A stretch of DNA of 49,746 nucleotides, filler included, from Sphacelaria rigidula (Eukaryota), in NCBI GenBank assembly GCA_964200075.2. It is 2 parts of 2 records of this genome, joined end to end, with 100 filler letters (N's around TTAATTAATTAA, not from the genome) between each part and the next. Parts side by side here need not be neighbours in the genome. Positions count along the whole stretch, not along the records: positions 1 to 24,837 come from CAXNAA020000189.1; 1 more part is not named here. One strand, 5' to 3'. A program made the translations under genes and the position numbers. The notes under the pieces were generated by a model. That model saw only the letters and a program-made list of their open reading frames with translations. It had not been told where the DNA came from and did no database searches. Below, one piece after another: positions 1 to 12,600 of the stretch; the first letter of the stretch is position 1, and each line of letters begins with the position of its first letter.

Positions 1-76
1 CGAGGTCAATGGTCTGATGACTATGGCAAGCATGATCATGAGTACACCCCCCCCTCTTCCTCCCCGCGCGCCTTAC

Positions 77-139
77 CATGGGATAATTCCACAACAATCC
101 CGTCCCCGGCCCCTTCTCCGAATCGACCATCAGCCGCAA
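77..139 (-). CDS. Possible further exon of the zf-CW gene (frame uncertain)
   Basis: Pyrimidine-rich tract plus TAG acceptor at 142-140 and GTAAGG donor at 76; 63 nt. The reading frame depends on which upstream donor is used. Confidence 0.4.
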
Positions 140-295
140 CTACGGCAAGAAAACCATACAAAAAGGAAGTGAACGCCTCCATGTGGAAAATAACAAAATA
201 AACACATGAGACCAAGACCAAGACGAAAGCATGGCACACCAAGACAAGCCAATCAAGCGACAGGAAACGCATCTACCCAAGAGCCTCACACCCAC

Positions 296-634
296 CTTCC
301 CACAGCGGCGGCGTCCGAAGGTTTAGGGAACAGATAACCAGCCGAGGCACTTGCGCACGGCCCTGCCGAGTAGGGAGGCCGAAGCTTCCCGTCGTTGTTG
401 AATATTATGTCGCGATACGAGAGCCTACCGTTAGCCTTTTGCTTGCCGCCGTTTCTTGCCAGGAGCCCCCCCGGGCCCAGCCCGCTGTAATTCGCTCCGT
501 TGCCGTCGGCCTCGTCTCCCCGCTCTCCGTCGATCCCGAGCTGGTAGTGAGAGTTGACGGCGTTCGTTTCCTCCTCGTACTCGTCGGGGTAGTCGCAATG
601 GTTGGCGACGCTCCATGTGTTCATATCGCAGTAC
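296..634 (-). CDS. zf-CW gene exon 9: end of CW finger 3 (YCDMNTWSVANHCDYPDE) and C-terminal region
   Basis: AAG acceptor completes W-YC; open frame to a cluster of candidate donors near 288-296. Confidence 0.85.
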
Positions 635-3600
635 CTTTGAGTGCGACCAAAACAGAGGGTAGGGGGCACGCGAAGGGTGGTCATAACCGTATCCTCATTT
701 CTTGTCACTATAATAGCTATATGAAACTCCGTTGACCCAGTGAAGAATCACCACTCGCTCGCATCAACCAAACTCGTGTTGTACCATTTCGGCTTCTAAC
801 GACCACATTCTATTCAGCAGTATGCATCATTTACGATCATACGCAGAAGCGACCGAGAGAACCTCCAACACCCTGTGTGTAAACCTGACCAAATTGGCCG
901 GCAAACAAGAAGGGAAAAACCCACGATGAAAAAATCGACGACGTGGGCGATGGCTCACGCCCATCATCCACGAATATATTCTTCAGCGAATTCCTTTCAC
1001 AATTCTTAATCCAATAGTCGCATATATGTTACAATACTGACCGCCATGGACAACAGAAAAGTTGATATAGTCGAGTTCTTGTTCAAGGCCATAGCAGTGA
1101 CATCAGGGGTGCGAGGTACCTCGGCCAATCAGCGGCCTTAAAAATGTTCTGAAATGACAATACGAATCCCTCACACAAGTTTTATCCAATCTCTATCCAC
1201 ATGCTTCAAGTCGTGGTCGCCATCAGCTCCTTTTTTATAGCGGAAGAGGTCTGGCCGCCCTCAAACTTAGCAATTCGATAGTTATCGGTGCTCCAAATGG
1301 AAAAGTGTGTTGCTGGGAAAATATTTCAACTCGAAAAACTAGCGCGTTGAGGTTATTCTAAAGTTGAACGTCCCGAAAAAGTCGTTTCAATTCCAAAAGC
1401 AAATAGTTAGGAGTATGTAGGGTTGTGCCTCTCGAGCTCATTTCATCGCAGAAACGCCCACATGTTTTTGCCATTTCTTGGGGTTAGACTCTGAAAATTT
1501 GCACAGACATACTAATGATCATCAAGAAGTTCTGGATGAGCGAGATTTTTTACTTATTTTTTTACCGGTTTGGGGGGGGGTCATGTGAATCCTCAAGGCC
1601 CTGGGACTCCCAATAACCGGTGAAATATAAAAAGATCTCGTTCATTGAAACTTTCGTGATGAACCATAGCATATCCGTGGTCTAGCCCTAGTAAACGGCG
1701 TGGGATTTTGCGTATGAATGTATGGCGGGGGAGGAGAGAGGGTGAGTAGCGTGAACCAGCCTAGACGCATTCGTTGATGCTGCACACGTTTAGATAAGAA
1801 AAAAAATTTCCGGCCGTAACTCTTCGTGGACTTCCGTGTGCCAAATGAACCCCAGACGAAAGACGAAGACGTTGCATACGCAAATGTGTGCTGGCAGCAG
1901 GCGACAATCACGGATTCATGTGGGTATTCGACACTAAACTAAATACATCTGCAGCAAACAACACCAGGCGGTAGACCGCCAGGGCAACGGTGACGTGGAT
2001 GCATCACTTCGCGCACAGCAGTTACCTTCTTCTGGAAAGACATCCTACCATTGTGAAAGTCACCGTCCACACGTGAAAAGTAATAAAAAAAATAAAAAAA
2101 TAAAAAATACAGTGAAGTCAGTACGAACTACACATCGCCATCCGATCCAACATGGACAACCACATCGAGAAAGAAAAAAAATCCCGTGTGGAACAACAAA
2201 CGTGGGGGGAAACGTGGCAACAACACCCGTAGTCCGAGGCGAACGAGCACCACAGCGTTCCAAAGCTGCATTAGCAGGGCACGTGAACAAAAGCTCCACA
2301 TGATCATGCTCTTCTTTTCTCGCTACAGTCAGTGCCACCATTTTTATTTTCACATCGGGAGGGGCATCGTCTCTTACTGTCACCTCTCACGCACAGGTAC
2401 AACGTATCTCAACACACGCGGCGGGCTGCCTACAATCGGAAGCCGAGCCAAGAGCAAGCTCCCCGCTCATCAGGGAAGAAACGAACGGACAAGTGTGTAC
2501 TGTGCTTGACTTCCTCCCGTCAAATGTTGGAGGCCGGTGCTACCGCGGACCGCACCCAACAACACAACCACCACCACCAACGACGACGATGGTTGGAAAC
2601 GTCAAAACAAAACAAGAACACCCCAGTAGGTGTGACTTCGTCTCGCAAAGTACGGGCATTCTATTCTAACCCAGCACCAACAGTTTGCCCACCACCTTCT
2701 CGGCCCCTCTGGGGCCACACTCACAAACGATTTAACCAACAACACGCGCATGTGTAGCAAATGTGTGTTGGGCCCTATATCCCCCCCCCCCCCCCCCCCC
2801 CCCCGCCCCCCCCCCCCACACACCCCCCCCCCCCCCCCCCCGAGATCAAAACAACCACCAAAAACACCCCGCGGGCCNNNNNNNNNNAAACACCCCCGCC
2901 GGGGGAGCAAAGGGGTTTTGGGCCCTATCCCCCCCCCCCCCCCCCCTCCCCCGGCCCGCCGCTGCAAAGCAACCTCCGCTCCAACGCAGCGGATATACAA
3001 AGTACATACAAATACATCGGGGGGTTCTGTCGAAATGAATTATGTCACGTGTCCGATCGGCTTTACTAGTGCCAAGTAATTGCACCACAAAACTATAGCG
3101 CGGAGTCCCACCATAGTGGAGTCATGCCGAGCTGGCTACCCACCGCACTATAGAGGGACCCTCAACAGTGTCATCATCTGTTCCGGTCACTTGCGCCGGT
3201 AGTTCGGCGCGGGCACATGCTTCACCACCGCAGCAACAGCAAAAAAAGTAGACGTGCCTAGGTCACATTTGCTGACATCACTACAGTATTGGATTCCATG
3301 TACCTTGTGTGGAGGCCAGAATATTGGGGGCAATTCAGGGAACACAGGTACGGCCAAGTACATGGCGAAATACGGGCAACAAACCATGAAAGCTCCGAAA
3401 AATTCGAATGACAGAGAGCTTCCACGAAGGTTCTTGGACCCCAAACTTGGCCTTGCATACGCGGTACAAAATAAAGATTTCTTGATGCATCATAATATAT
3501 ACATTAATCGTCAAACTCCGTCGTCGCCAACAGCGCGGAGGGTCGCTCCGTGCTTGCACAGAAACGAAAGAAGTTCTATGCTGATGATGTCGAGCTAGGC

Positions 3601-6600
3601 TGCTGCTGAGAGCTGTTTTAGTAAAACTCATATTTTACTTCCTCGGGTTTGGAAACAAAGAGGGGCCAAGAAATCGAGCCCATTTTTTCGCTACATACTA
3701 ACTCTCATTTACTAGGTATGATGCTCATATTTCGGGATTAGCCTGGGATGTGGGGGTTAGGTCCGGGCCAACAACAGCGTTCCACACGAGCGGGTCGGTG
3801 CTGTGTCCGATCTCGGCACCCCCCCCCCGCCACATTGCCCTGCCGTTGATACATCAGGAACATGAAAGCCATCTTTCAAAATACTTTGTGTAGGTCATTA
3901 TCCAGCAGAAGAAAACCGTGTATCGCACTTCCAAGGCAGTACTGGCAAACTGCCTAGACATTGGTGTAGTTTTACCAACACGATACGATCCGACAAAAGC
4001 GCTTCTTTCCAAAACAGCGATACCATCCCAATCCTGGCCCACACGCAGACTTCAGTTATTCACAACACCACTCACCACTGCTCAGGCAGGTCTTCAGATC
4101 TCATGCCATCAGAAAGCTTTCGCCACCTCCGACAGCCATCACACTGGACCCATTCCACCTCCTCCCTAGTGTTTCCCCGGCTGTCACCCGGCGCTCCCTC
4201 GTCACCATCCGCTACGGACCCGCCAACGTCAGACGCCGAGAAACCCTCCGCAAAACGGCCGCTTTGCCCGGCCCCATCATTGCCGCCTGCCGAAGATGTC
4301 GCCCGCGCGCGTGAAGCTGTGACCCTACGACCGCGGTTGGACGGGCTAATAAGAGACTTGTCGCCGCTAGCCCCACCGGCTCCGCCGGCGCTCGCGGAGG
4401 CAGGCGACCACAGTTCCTCCTCTTCGGGGTAGTCACAGCTGGCCTTTTCTGGGCTCCAGAAGGCCATGTTGCAGTACCTGCGCGTTGGTGAGGGGTTGTT
4501 GGGGGGAGGGGGGGGGTACAGATGATGAAAACGCATGAGCTTCTTGAGGGGAAACGGAGTCAAGGAACACGTATAGCAGCTGGAGGGATACAGTTATATA
4601 TGAATACATGAAAATATGTTTCCACTGTCAATGATTGCACTCGTTTCGCTTCGTTTCGGCTCGCTATGCACGCTGACTCCGTGCACACCCGAGAAAACTC
4701 CCAGGACATCTTTCGACAAGGAAGTGAGGTAGAGGTGGTGGAGGCGGGGGGGGGGGTGGGGGGATAGTGCGTACTAGAGCACGAAGGATTGATGCATGGT
4801 TTTTCCGAAAAGGCATGTATTTAATTAACCCAAGCGTGACATTTTGAACAGGTTTGGAGTAGTAGCAATGGTGGCGATGTATGCTCAAAAGATGAAATAA
4901 CAAAAACATGGTTTTTACAGAATGACGACAAGAACAAAAACTACTGGTGGGGACGGGGGTCACTCCAATGCTTGTGTACGTACCCCCTATCTCAAGATGG
5001 GACAGCGTCCACACTTTCTCCCCCCCCCTTCTAGCGTATCAGTCGTTCATGCTGACCACGTCTTCCAGAGGATGGGGCATCAACGAGGCTTATTGGTTCA
5101 TGAAAAAAACTGCATGATGGCGTGCACGTTTTGTGTTAGTTCAGTGTGTGTCGACACGATGGCTACACCAACGCACTCGAAAAACACGATGGTTGACGGC
5201 ACCAGACACTCATGATGTCGAGACGTGGCGTTGCAGTCACTCGTTTGCTATTCCCGCAGAAAGTACAGACACACACCAGGGGAAGCCGCGGAGCCACCGA
5301 CCAATGACACAATAACCGATATGAGCATACAGGATAATTCGATGGCTGGGATACATCGATGCTCACCGCACCCTGCCGGACACGAGCGTATTACACGTTT
5401 CGTAAGTGGTGCAATTTTTCAAGACACGAGCATTAGAAAGCATCTAGGCGATCTGTGTACGCTGGTAAAACCGCCATGTCAGCAGTGGGATAAGGACAAC
5501 AATACCCACCACGGAGAAGAGATAATATGCAAAAGCATTGGGGCTTAGCCAGCCATATCACGCAACTACTTGCAACCCAGCAAGCCCGAATGAGGGCTCC
5601 CTTCAAAACACACAATCAAGACAGAACAGGTTTCTGACGACTAACGCTGGCAACAAAAGACGAAGAACCTGTTTGAGGGGCAGTCCACGGAGACAACACT
5701 ACCCCGAGAGTTTCACTCGAGTAAATCAAAACAGCAAACAGGAAACAGCACTGATAAAGTAATGAAAAAAAATGTGCGACATGCGATGCTCACCACTTAT
5801 CAACGCTGTCGAGGTCCACGCCGGGAGGGACCCGCCGCCACTTTCCGCAGTTCACGTGATCACACGACACCCACTGGTTCACCGGCGGCTCCGCACAGTT
5901 GGCAGTTGCATTAGCATCAGTAGCAACAGAGCGCGCCGATATCTCCGCCTTCACCGCTTTACCGTGCGACTCCTGCGACGTGGCATCGCTGTTCGAGCGC
6001 GACTCCGCCGCCTTGAGCAGAAACGCCACTGTTTCCCTCCCCATACTGCCGCTACTCTTCCTCCCTCGGCCTTTCCCACCCCCGCCGCCCCTCCCAGCTC
6101 CACTGGTAGATCTACCCCGCGGTTCCTCGTACGTAACACCAGCCGCGGCCGCGGCAGCAGTTGCCCCCATATCTCCTCCATTTTTTCTCTTCGTGTCGTC
6201 ATCGGAAGCAACCTCGACAGACTCTGCCCGCCGACGCTTTCGCTTCGGAGCGGCAGTAGGCTTTCCGTCGTCCAGCTTTGCGACCTTCTCCGCCGGGGCT
6301 TCGGCAGCCACAGCCGCTCGGGTGGGGGCGGCGGTAGCAGCAGCAGCAACGGCCGCGGGTAAGGCGGCGTGCGGAGGTGCAGCTTGTGCGTCGAAGCCCT
6401 GCAGAAACGGCGTGTGGTGTTGCTGGTTGGTGGTACTCTCGCCTCTCGATTCGGGCCTTGGCATAATCGCGGGTGCGGGGTCGGGTGGCCATTTGTCCGT
6501 ATGGAAATCGACGTGATTTTGCGCCGCAAGGTACGCAGTAGGAGCGGGGGGATTCTGCCTAACAGGAAGGGGGAGCGCTTTCGCGGCATTGCTCGGGGTC

Positions 6601-9600
6601 GCTGAAGGTGGCGGTGGCGGCGGTGGCCGTGGTTGCGCTGGTGCTGGTGGGGCACACGGTGTCGTCACTTGCGCAGGGCTGGCGATGATCGCTGCGGCTG
6701 GCGGGGTGGTAGCTCTCGGGGCGGTCGTGGCGACGGCAGAGGGAGCAGTGATGGGAACGGTGGTGGCGATAGCAACGGTAGCGGTAGTTGTGGCCGTGGG
6801 AGCGGTGATGACGGCGGGGGTGGCGGCGGCCGTCGAAGGGTGAACTCGCCCCCCTCCGCCTGGCCCAGCACTCTTGATTCGTTCCGACGGGACTGCAGGC
6901 TTGGCCACCCCCTTCACGGGTCTCGTCTCCTTCGGCTGCAGGCAGTCTACCACAGGCTTGCCCCAGTTCTGCATGCGGCAGTGCCAGGTATCCGGCAGGT
7001 CGTCGCCGCTTATGGTGGGCGGCAACGTCCACCACTTCTCGCAGTTATCGCACTGGACCCAGTCTACCCCATCTTCATCATCATCGTCATCCGACGACGA
7101 TTCCGGTTCCGGTTGCTGCTGCTGCACGTGTCCGCCTCCCCTTCCGCGCCCTCGTCCCCCTCGCCCCCCTCTGCCCCCCCTGCCGCGACCTCCCCCAACA
7201 TTCCCATCGTGCCCGCGCCCGCGACTCGAACCTCCCCGTCGCGAAGGTGCGCTAGCGGCAAGTCGTTTGGACGCTTCGACCGCGGCCTGACGCTCGTGTC
7301 GCTCGGGACGATTCTTGAGCCGGTCAGGGTCCATACTCGGTTCGAACCGGGAGACGCCGGAGCGCTTGCGGCCGGCATGTCGATGTTCCACTTTCATGTC
7401 TTCCCCGCTCGACCCATCCGCGCTGCCCTTCCGGGTGTACTCCGGACAGCGGGATGGGAACGTAGCGACATGTCCGTCTTTGCTGTTGCCCGCGCTCTCG
7501 TGACCATCCGCATCGTGTTCTTTCGTCTCCTCCACCCTGTTCTCTGCCGTCGGACTCTGAGCGCTGCCTTTACCGCCCTCTCCCTTGTTCACACGCTTTC
7601 TCGGAGGACTCTCGGCTGGTTTGTTGTCCTTTCCGGTCTTCGGCGCAGGGTTCACGACATCGTTGGTGCTTTTGGGCGTGCTTGGCTTGGGTTCAACATC
7701 AACAGCAGCAGGAGAGGCGCTAAGATCCCTCGACTTCTTCACCGTCGCAGCCGACAACTCGTCCTCTGGCTCCACTTTACCGACCGGCTCACGATCCGAC
7801 GGGTCAGTAGCAGGATGATTTCGAGCTTCCTCGTCAACCCCCCGTGTACCTAACCTAGCCTTGCAGCTGGCGTCCGTATCGACAGCCTCCTTTCGCGGCA
7901 ATATCACTGGACCAGCCGCGGCGCTCGTGTCTGCTTCCTCGCGAAGTTTTTGTTTTGCGTTTTGAACGGTATTTTCTTTCCAAATCTCTCCTTTCGAGTA
8001 ACCTCGTGTCGGAGCATCATAGGTTACAGCACCTGCCTTCGACATTTTTCCCTCAATCCCTTCTCTTGCTCTGCTTCCTAAAGAGCCTTCATTCCCTCCA
8101 CGTCCACCCCCGGGATCTTGTCCTTGATGACCTCCTCTATTTTCCTCCCTCGTACCATTACCCGTCCCAACCGACCGCTCGGACGAACCACGATTACAAG
8201 ACTGCCCGACAAAGTCGCCAGCCCTCTCACCCCCGGCCACGCTCGATTCTCTTCCACCATCCTCTTTTTTGCCACCAGGATCCGGCCACCTTTCTTTTCC
8301 CCCGGCGACGGAATCGTACGGTGCAACACCCGCTCCGCCGTTCTGTTTCCCCGACTGTGAGGCGGTGATACCCCCGGTGTCGGCGCGTGGAGAATCTTCG
8401 TCAAGTACGGGCAGAGAACTGGAAACGTCCATGTTGTCCGTATCAGCCCTCCCACAGCGCGACAGCACCGGCGCCGGCCAGTCGCTCTTACCTCCCGCTC
8501 CCTGGCTTGGCTCGCTCCTCGGTCTTTTTCGGGCCGGTTTGGGAACACCCTCCCGCTCTGCCTTGTCCATGCCGCTCGCTACTGTCTCCTGTTTACGGCA
8601 ATTTGTTGTTGTCGCGTGCACCTTGGCAGTCTTTGATGGAAGTTTTCGAACCTCGTCTGTCGTCGCGAGGGCGGAGGGCTTGCTGGTTGCCGTCAACTCG
8701 CCTCCAGGTGAGCGGTTGTTGCTGTCCGGCGACGGCGACAACCGCCGCTTCAACGCCATTTCAACGGAAGACGCCGCTAATGGTGTCGCCGTACCTTGGT
8801 CGGATTCCACGTCCATAGCCTCGGGACTCGAGTTGTTGACAGAGTATTTTACAGTTGGCGAAGAGACTGGTGTCGGAGGATTGACCCTCAATGGATTTGC
8901 AATCGGATGAGGTCCTAGAATGCTGCGGGCACTCAAACCATTCTTGGTGACCGCCGCCCCTGGTTTGGTAATTGCGGCTGGCTTGGTGTTGGTTACGGTA
9001 GTGGTGATTGCTGTTGGCCTAGTGGCAGATGCTGTCGGCTTGGCGGTTGCGATGGGTTTGGTGGTGGCTGCTCCCGGCTTAGCGGATGTTGTTGGCTTTG
9101 GGGCGGTTGCGGCGACCTTGGTGGCAGATGTTGTTGGCTTGGCGTTTGGAGTGGGCTTGGTGGTTGATGTCGGCTTAGCGGAGGTTGTTGGCTTCGGGGC
9201 GGTTGCGGTGAGCTTGGTAGTCGTTGTTGTCGGCCTTGCCGATGTCGTTAGCTTGGTCGTTGTTGTCGGCTTAGCGGATGTTGGCTTGGGAGTGGTTGCG
9301 GTGAGCTTGGTGGTCGTTGTTGTCGGCTTAGCGGATGTTGTTGGCTTGGGGGTGATTATGGGGAGCTTGGTGGTGGTTGATGTGGGCTTAGCAGATGTTG
9401 TTGGCTTGGGGGTGGTTGCGGGGAGCTTGGTGGTCGTTGTTGTCGGCCTTGCCGATGTTGTTAGCTTGGTGGGTGTTGTTGGCGGCTTAGCGGATGTTGT
9501 TGGCTTGGGAGTGGTTGCGGTGAGCTTGGTGGTCGTTGTTGGCTTTGCCACTGTTGGCTTGGTGGTGGGTGTTGTTGGCTTTGGGGCAGCTGCGATTGGT

Positions 9601-12600
9601 TTGGCGGAGGGTGCTGTTGACTTGGTGGAGGTTGCTGTTGGCTTGGTGGTGGGTGTTGCTGGCTTTGGGGCGGCTGCGAGTGGTTTGGTAGAGGATGCCG
9701 TAGACTTGAGGGAGGTTGCTGTTGGCTTGGGTGTTGTTGGCTTGATGGTGGTCGTTACTGGTGGTTTGGTAGAGGGTGATGTAGACTTGGTGGAAGTAGC
9801 TGTTGGCTTGGGCATTGTTGGCTTGGTGGTTGTTGGCTTTGGGGCGGCTGCGAGTGGTTTGGTGGAGGGTATCGTTGACTTGGAGGTTACTGTTGGCTTG
9901 GTTGTTGTTGTTGGCTTGATGGTGGTCGCTGCTGGTTTGGTGATGGTTGTTGTTGGCTTGGTGATGGTTGTTGTTGGCTTGGTGGTGGACGATGCTGAGT
10001 CCGTGGATGTTGTTGGCTTGGTGGATGTTGGTTTGGTGGTAGTCGTCGTTGGCTTGGGGGAGGTTGGCTTTGTAGTGGATGTTGATTTGGTGGAGGGTGT
10101 CGGTTTGGTGGTGGTTGTCGTTGACTCGACGGTGGATGTTGGCTTGGTGGTGGACGTAGGCTTGGTGGTGGACGTAGGCTTCCTAGTCGCTGCAGACATC
10201 TTACTAGTAGTTGTTGCCGTCTTGCTGGTCGTTACCGCGGTCTTGCTGGTCGTCGCCGCCGTCTTGCTGGTCGTCGCCGCCGTCTTGCTGGTCGTCGCCG
10301 CCGTCTTACTGGTCGTCGCCGCCGTCTTGCTGGTCATTGCCGCCGTCTTGCTAGTCGTTGCTGCTTTCTTGCTGGTCGCTATTACCGGCTTGCTGGTCAA
10401 TGCCACAGACTTGCTGACAGGTATCACCGACATACTCGTCGTCGTCACCACTGGCTTGCCGGCGATTACAGGAGGCCTGCTTATCTTATCTTTCTCGTCG
10501 GCGGTATCCACTTGCATCGAGTCAACACCTTTCCTCGCCTCATCAGCATTGTCGTTGGCCCTTCGTATTCCACTTCCCATCTTTTTCGCGTCGGATTCCA
10601 AACCCTTGGAGGCAGGAGTAGACAGACCAGTTGGTGACGGCGTGCGTCTTGGTACGGCTGCAGGAGGCATGGCGTTTTCGGTTTCCGCAGCTCCAACCGG
10701 TGGCGATGTGCCACCAGCATCGTATGCCACCCACGAAGTATTCAGTTTTCCCCTCCCCTTGCTCTTAAACGCGCCCTTGCTCGCGGCCTTCGGGGCAGGC
10801 CGGTCGCTGAACGCTTGGTTTGATGCAAGAGTCTTGCCGTCAACACTCTCGCGCAGTGGCGTCGGCGGCGGCGGACTTGGAGGCTTCTCTCTCGATGATT
10901 TCTCACCTCCACCTCCACCACCGGCATCAGCTGCCTTCTTCGATATTTTCCCCTTCGGAAACGATACGCCACCCGAAGCGTTCCGCTTCACCAACATGTC
11001 CCCTCCCCCAGCATCCACTGCCGCCTCGCCTCGACTCTCGACTGCGTCTCGGTTGATCTCCCCACCGCCGGAAAGACGTGGTGTCATACCCTCCACCCCG
11101 TTCCCTCGCTCGGCCGACACTGCGCGCGCCTCGGACGACGGCTTTTTCGGCCGACCCTGCATCCAGTCCTGAATCAAGTCGCTGCTGCTGCCGAACGTTT
11201 CCTCGGTGGGCGAGGAAGTACGCCTGGGAGGCGAGAGCGACCGGTCTTTCGCCTCCGCGACCTCTGGTACTCCTACCCGGAGCGCGTCCATGATTCCGTC
11301 GCCAAGCCGGGGCGAAGACGGCGTCTGAGTCGATACGGGGCATAGGTGTAGATCGTATTGTGCAATGCAGGGAATAGAGAGGTGGGTGTGAGAGGTAGAC
11401 GTGACGTTGCCAGCAATTAACCGAATACCGCTACATACATTGAACAGTATGGTGATGTGGCCGCCCGACGGCGCGTTGAAATATATGACCAGGCATCGTC
11501 GACCCGACTTTCACTTTGGGGCATTTACATGCAGATACCACCCACCCGTATGCACTAGCGTCGAACTAAAACCGATTGAGCACTTTGGCACAACGTAGAA
11601 GTATATCCCAGGACAAGAAACAACTATAAATCTTCGAGCTCTTCCCTTGCTCAGCCTTGGAATCAAAAGCCCGAGCAGTGACACACGAATCTGCACACCA
11701 CGCGAACTACAATTTTGTGTGACTTCGATCCTTTGATCAGCCATGATTGATATTCCGACATTTTTGCTCGCCGACAGTCCAACGAGGTTATAGAGTTTCT
11801 TTTCCTGTATGGGTAGGCGGACGCTGAGTGGATAGGTGGTCGACACGAGCGACGCGAAAAAAAAAATTTCAGGTAAAATGGCAACATGCGTACAACCGTT
11901 CACTATGGTCGAGGCTGGAGGGTGCCCGTTTTTCTTGCCCATTGGATATTTTGCGAAGTGTGCTGATATCATTTTCATCAAAGGACCATCACATACACTG
12001 GTGGAGCGATCACCATAACACGGCACTATTTTTGCCGCACGGTGAAGTCAATATGCTGCTGGTCGCGGCTTCCCCACGGGCTAACCAATGGCGTGACAAT
12101 GAACTCCTCTACGCAGGCGTGACCTCTCCACCGATAAACACGAACCTCTCGCCCGAAGCCAGTCGGTTTTGGGCCTACGGAGGGATGCCGGCGGTGAGAC
12201 GATTACTCTTTTGCGGGTGTGACGTATGATGTCGAGTACAAATGTCATTCTCCTCAACACTGGATGCCAAGTAACTCGGTTTTGGAGAGCAGCGGAAAAA
12301 AATGAGACGGCACGGTCGTTCCCACATGTATGAAAAAATAGCAGCCCACAAGTCGAGAGTTGGGCTGCAGATAAAAAGGAGCGAGAGCAAAAGGCTCCAT
12401 CTTGGAACAGTTTTTGACAATGTCGAAAGAATAAAGAGGGAGAAATTCCAAGGAGTGGTACAACTCGAGACTGACAACGGTATAGACAGACGACACCGGT
12501 CTAACCCACATCCCGGACAATGACAGACTACAATGTCAAAAAGTGTACAGCGTACAGTATCGAATAACGCGTGTATTGCGATAGACAACATATTTTATAC

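Noticed and set aside
2750..3079. Poly-proline, extensin/formin-like ORFs
   Set aside because: They come from poly-C runs flanking a 10-N gap (2878-2887) with a garbled duplicate; this is low-quality intronic assembly.
5055..5110. Possible extra exon between exons 7 and 8 of the CW gene
   Set aside because: It would interrupt the W-YC motif of CW finger 2, which direct 5794-to-4477 splicing completes cleanly.
8920..11172. 750-aa Val/Gly/Leu-rich plus-strand ORF that looks like a membrane protein
   Set aside because: Antisense shadow of the Thr/Lys/Pro repeat codons in exon 7, with no independent domain signal.
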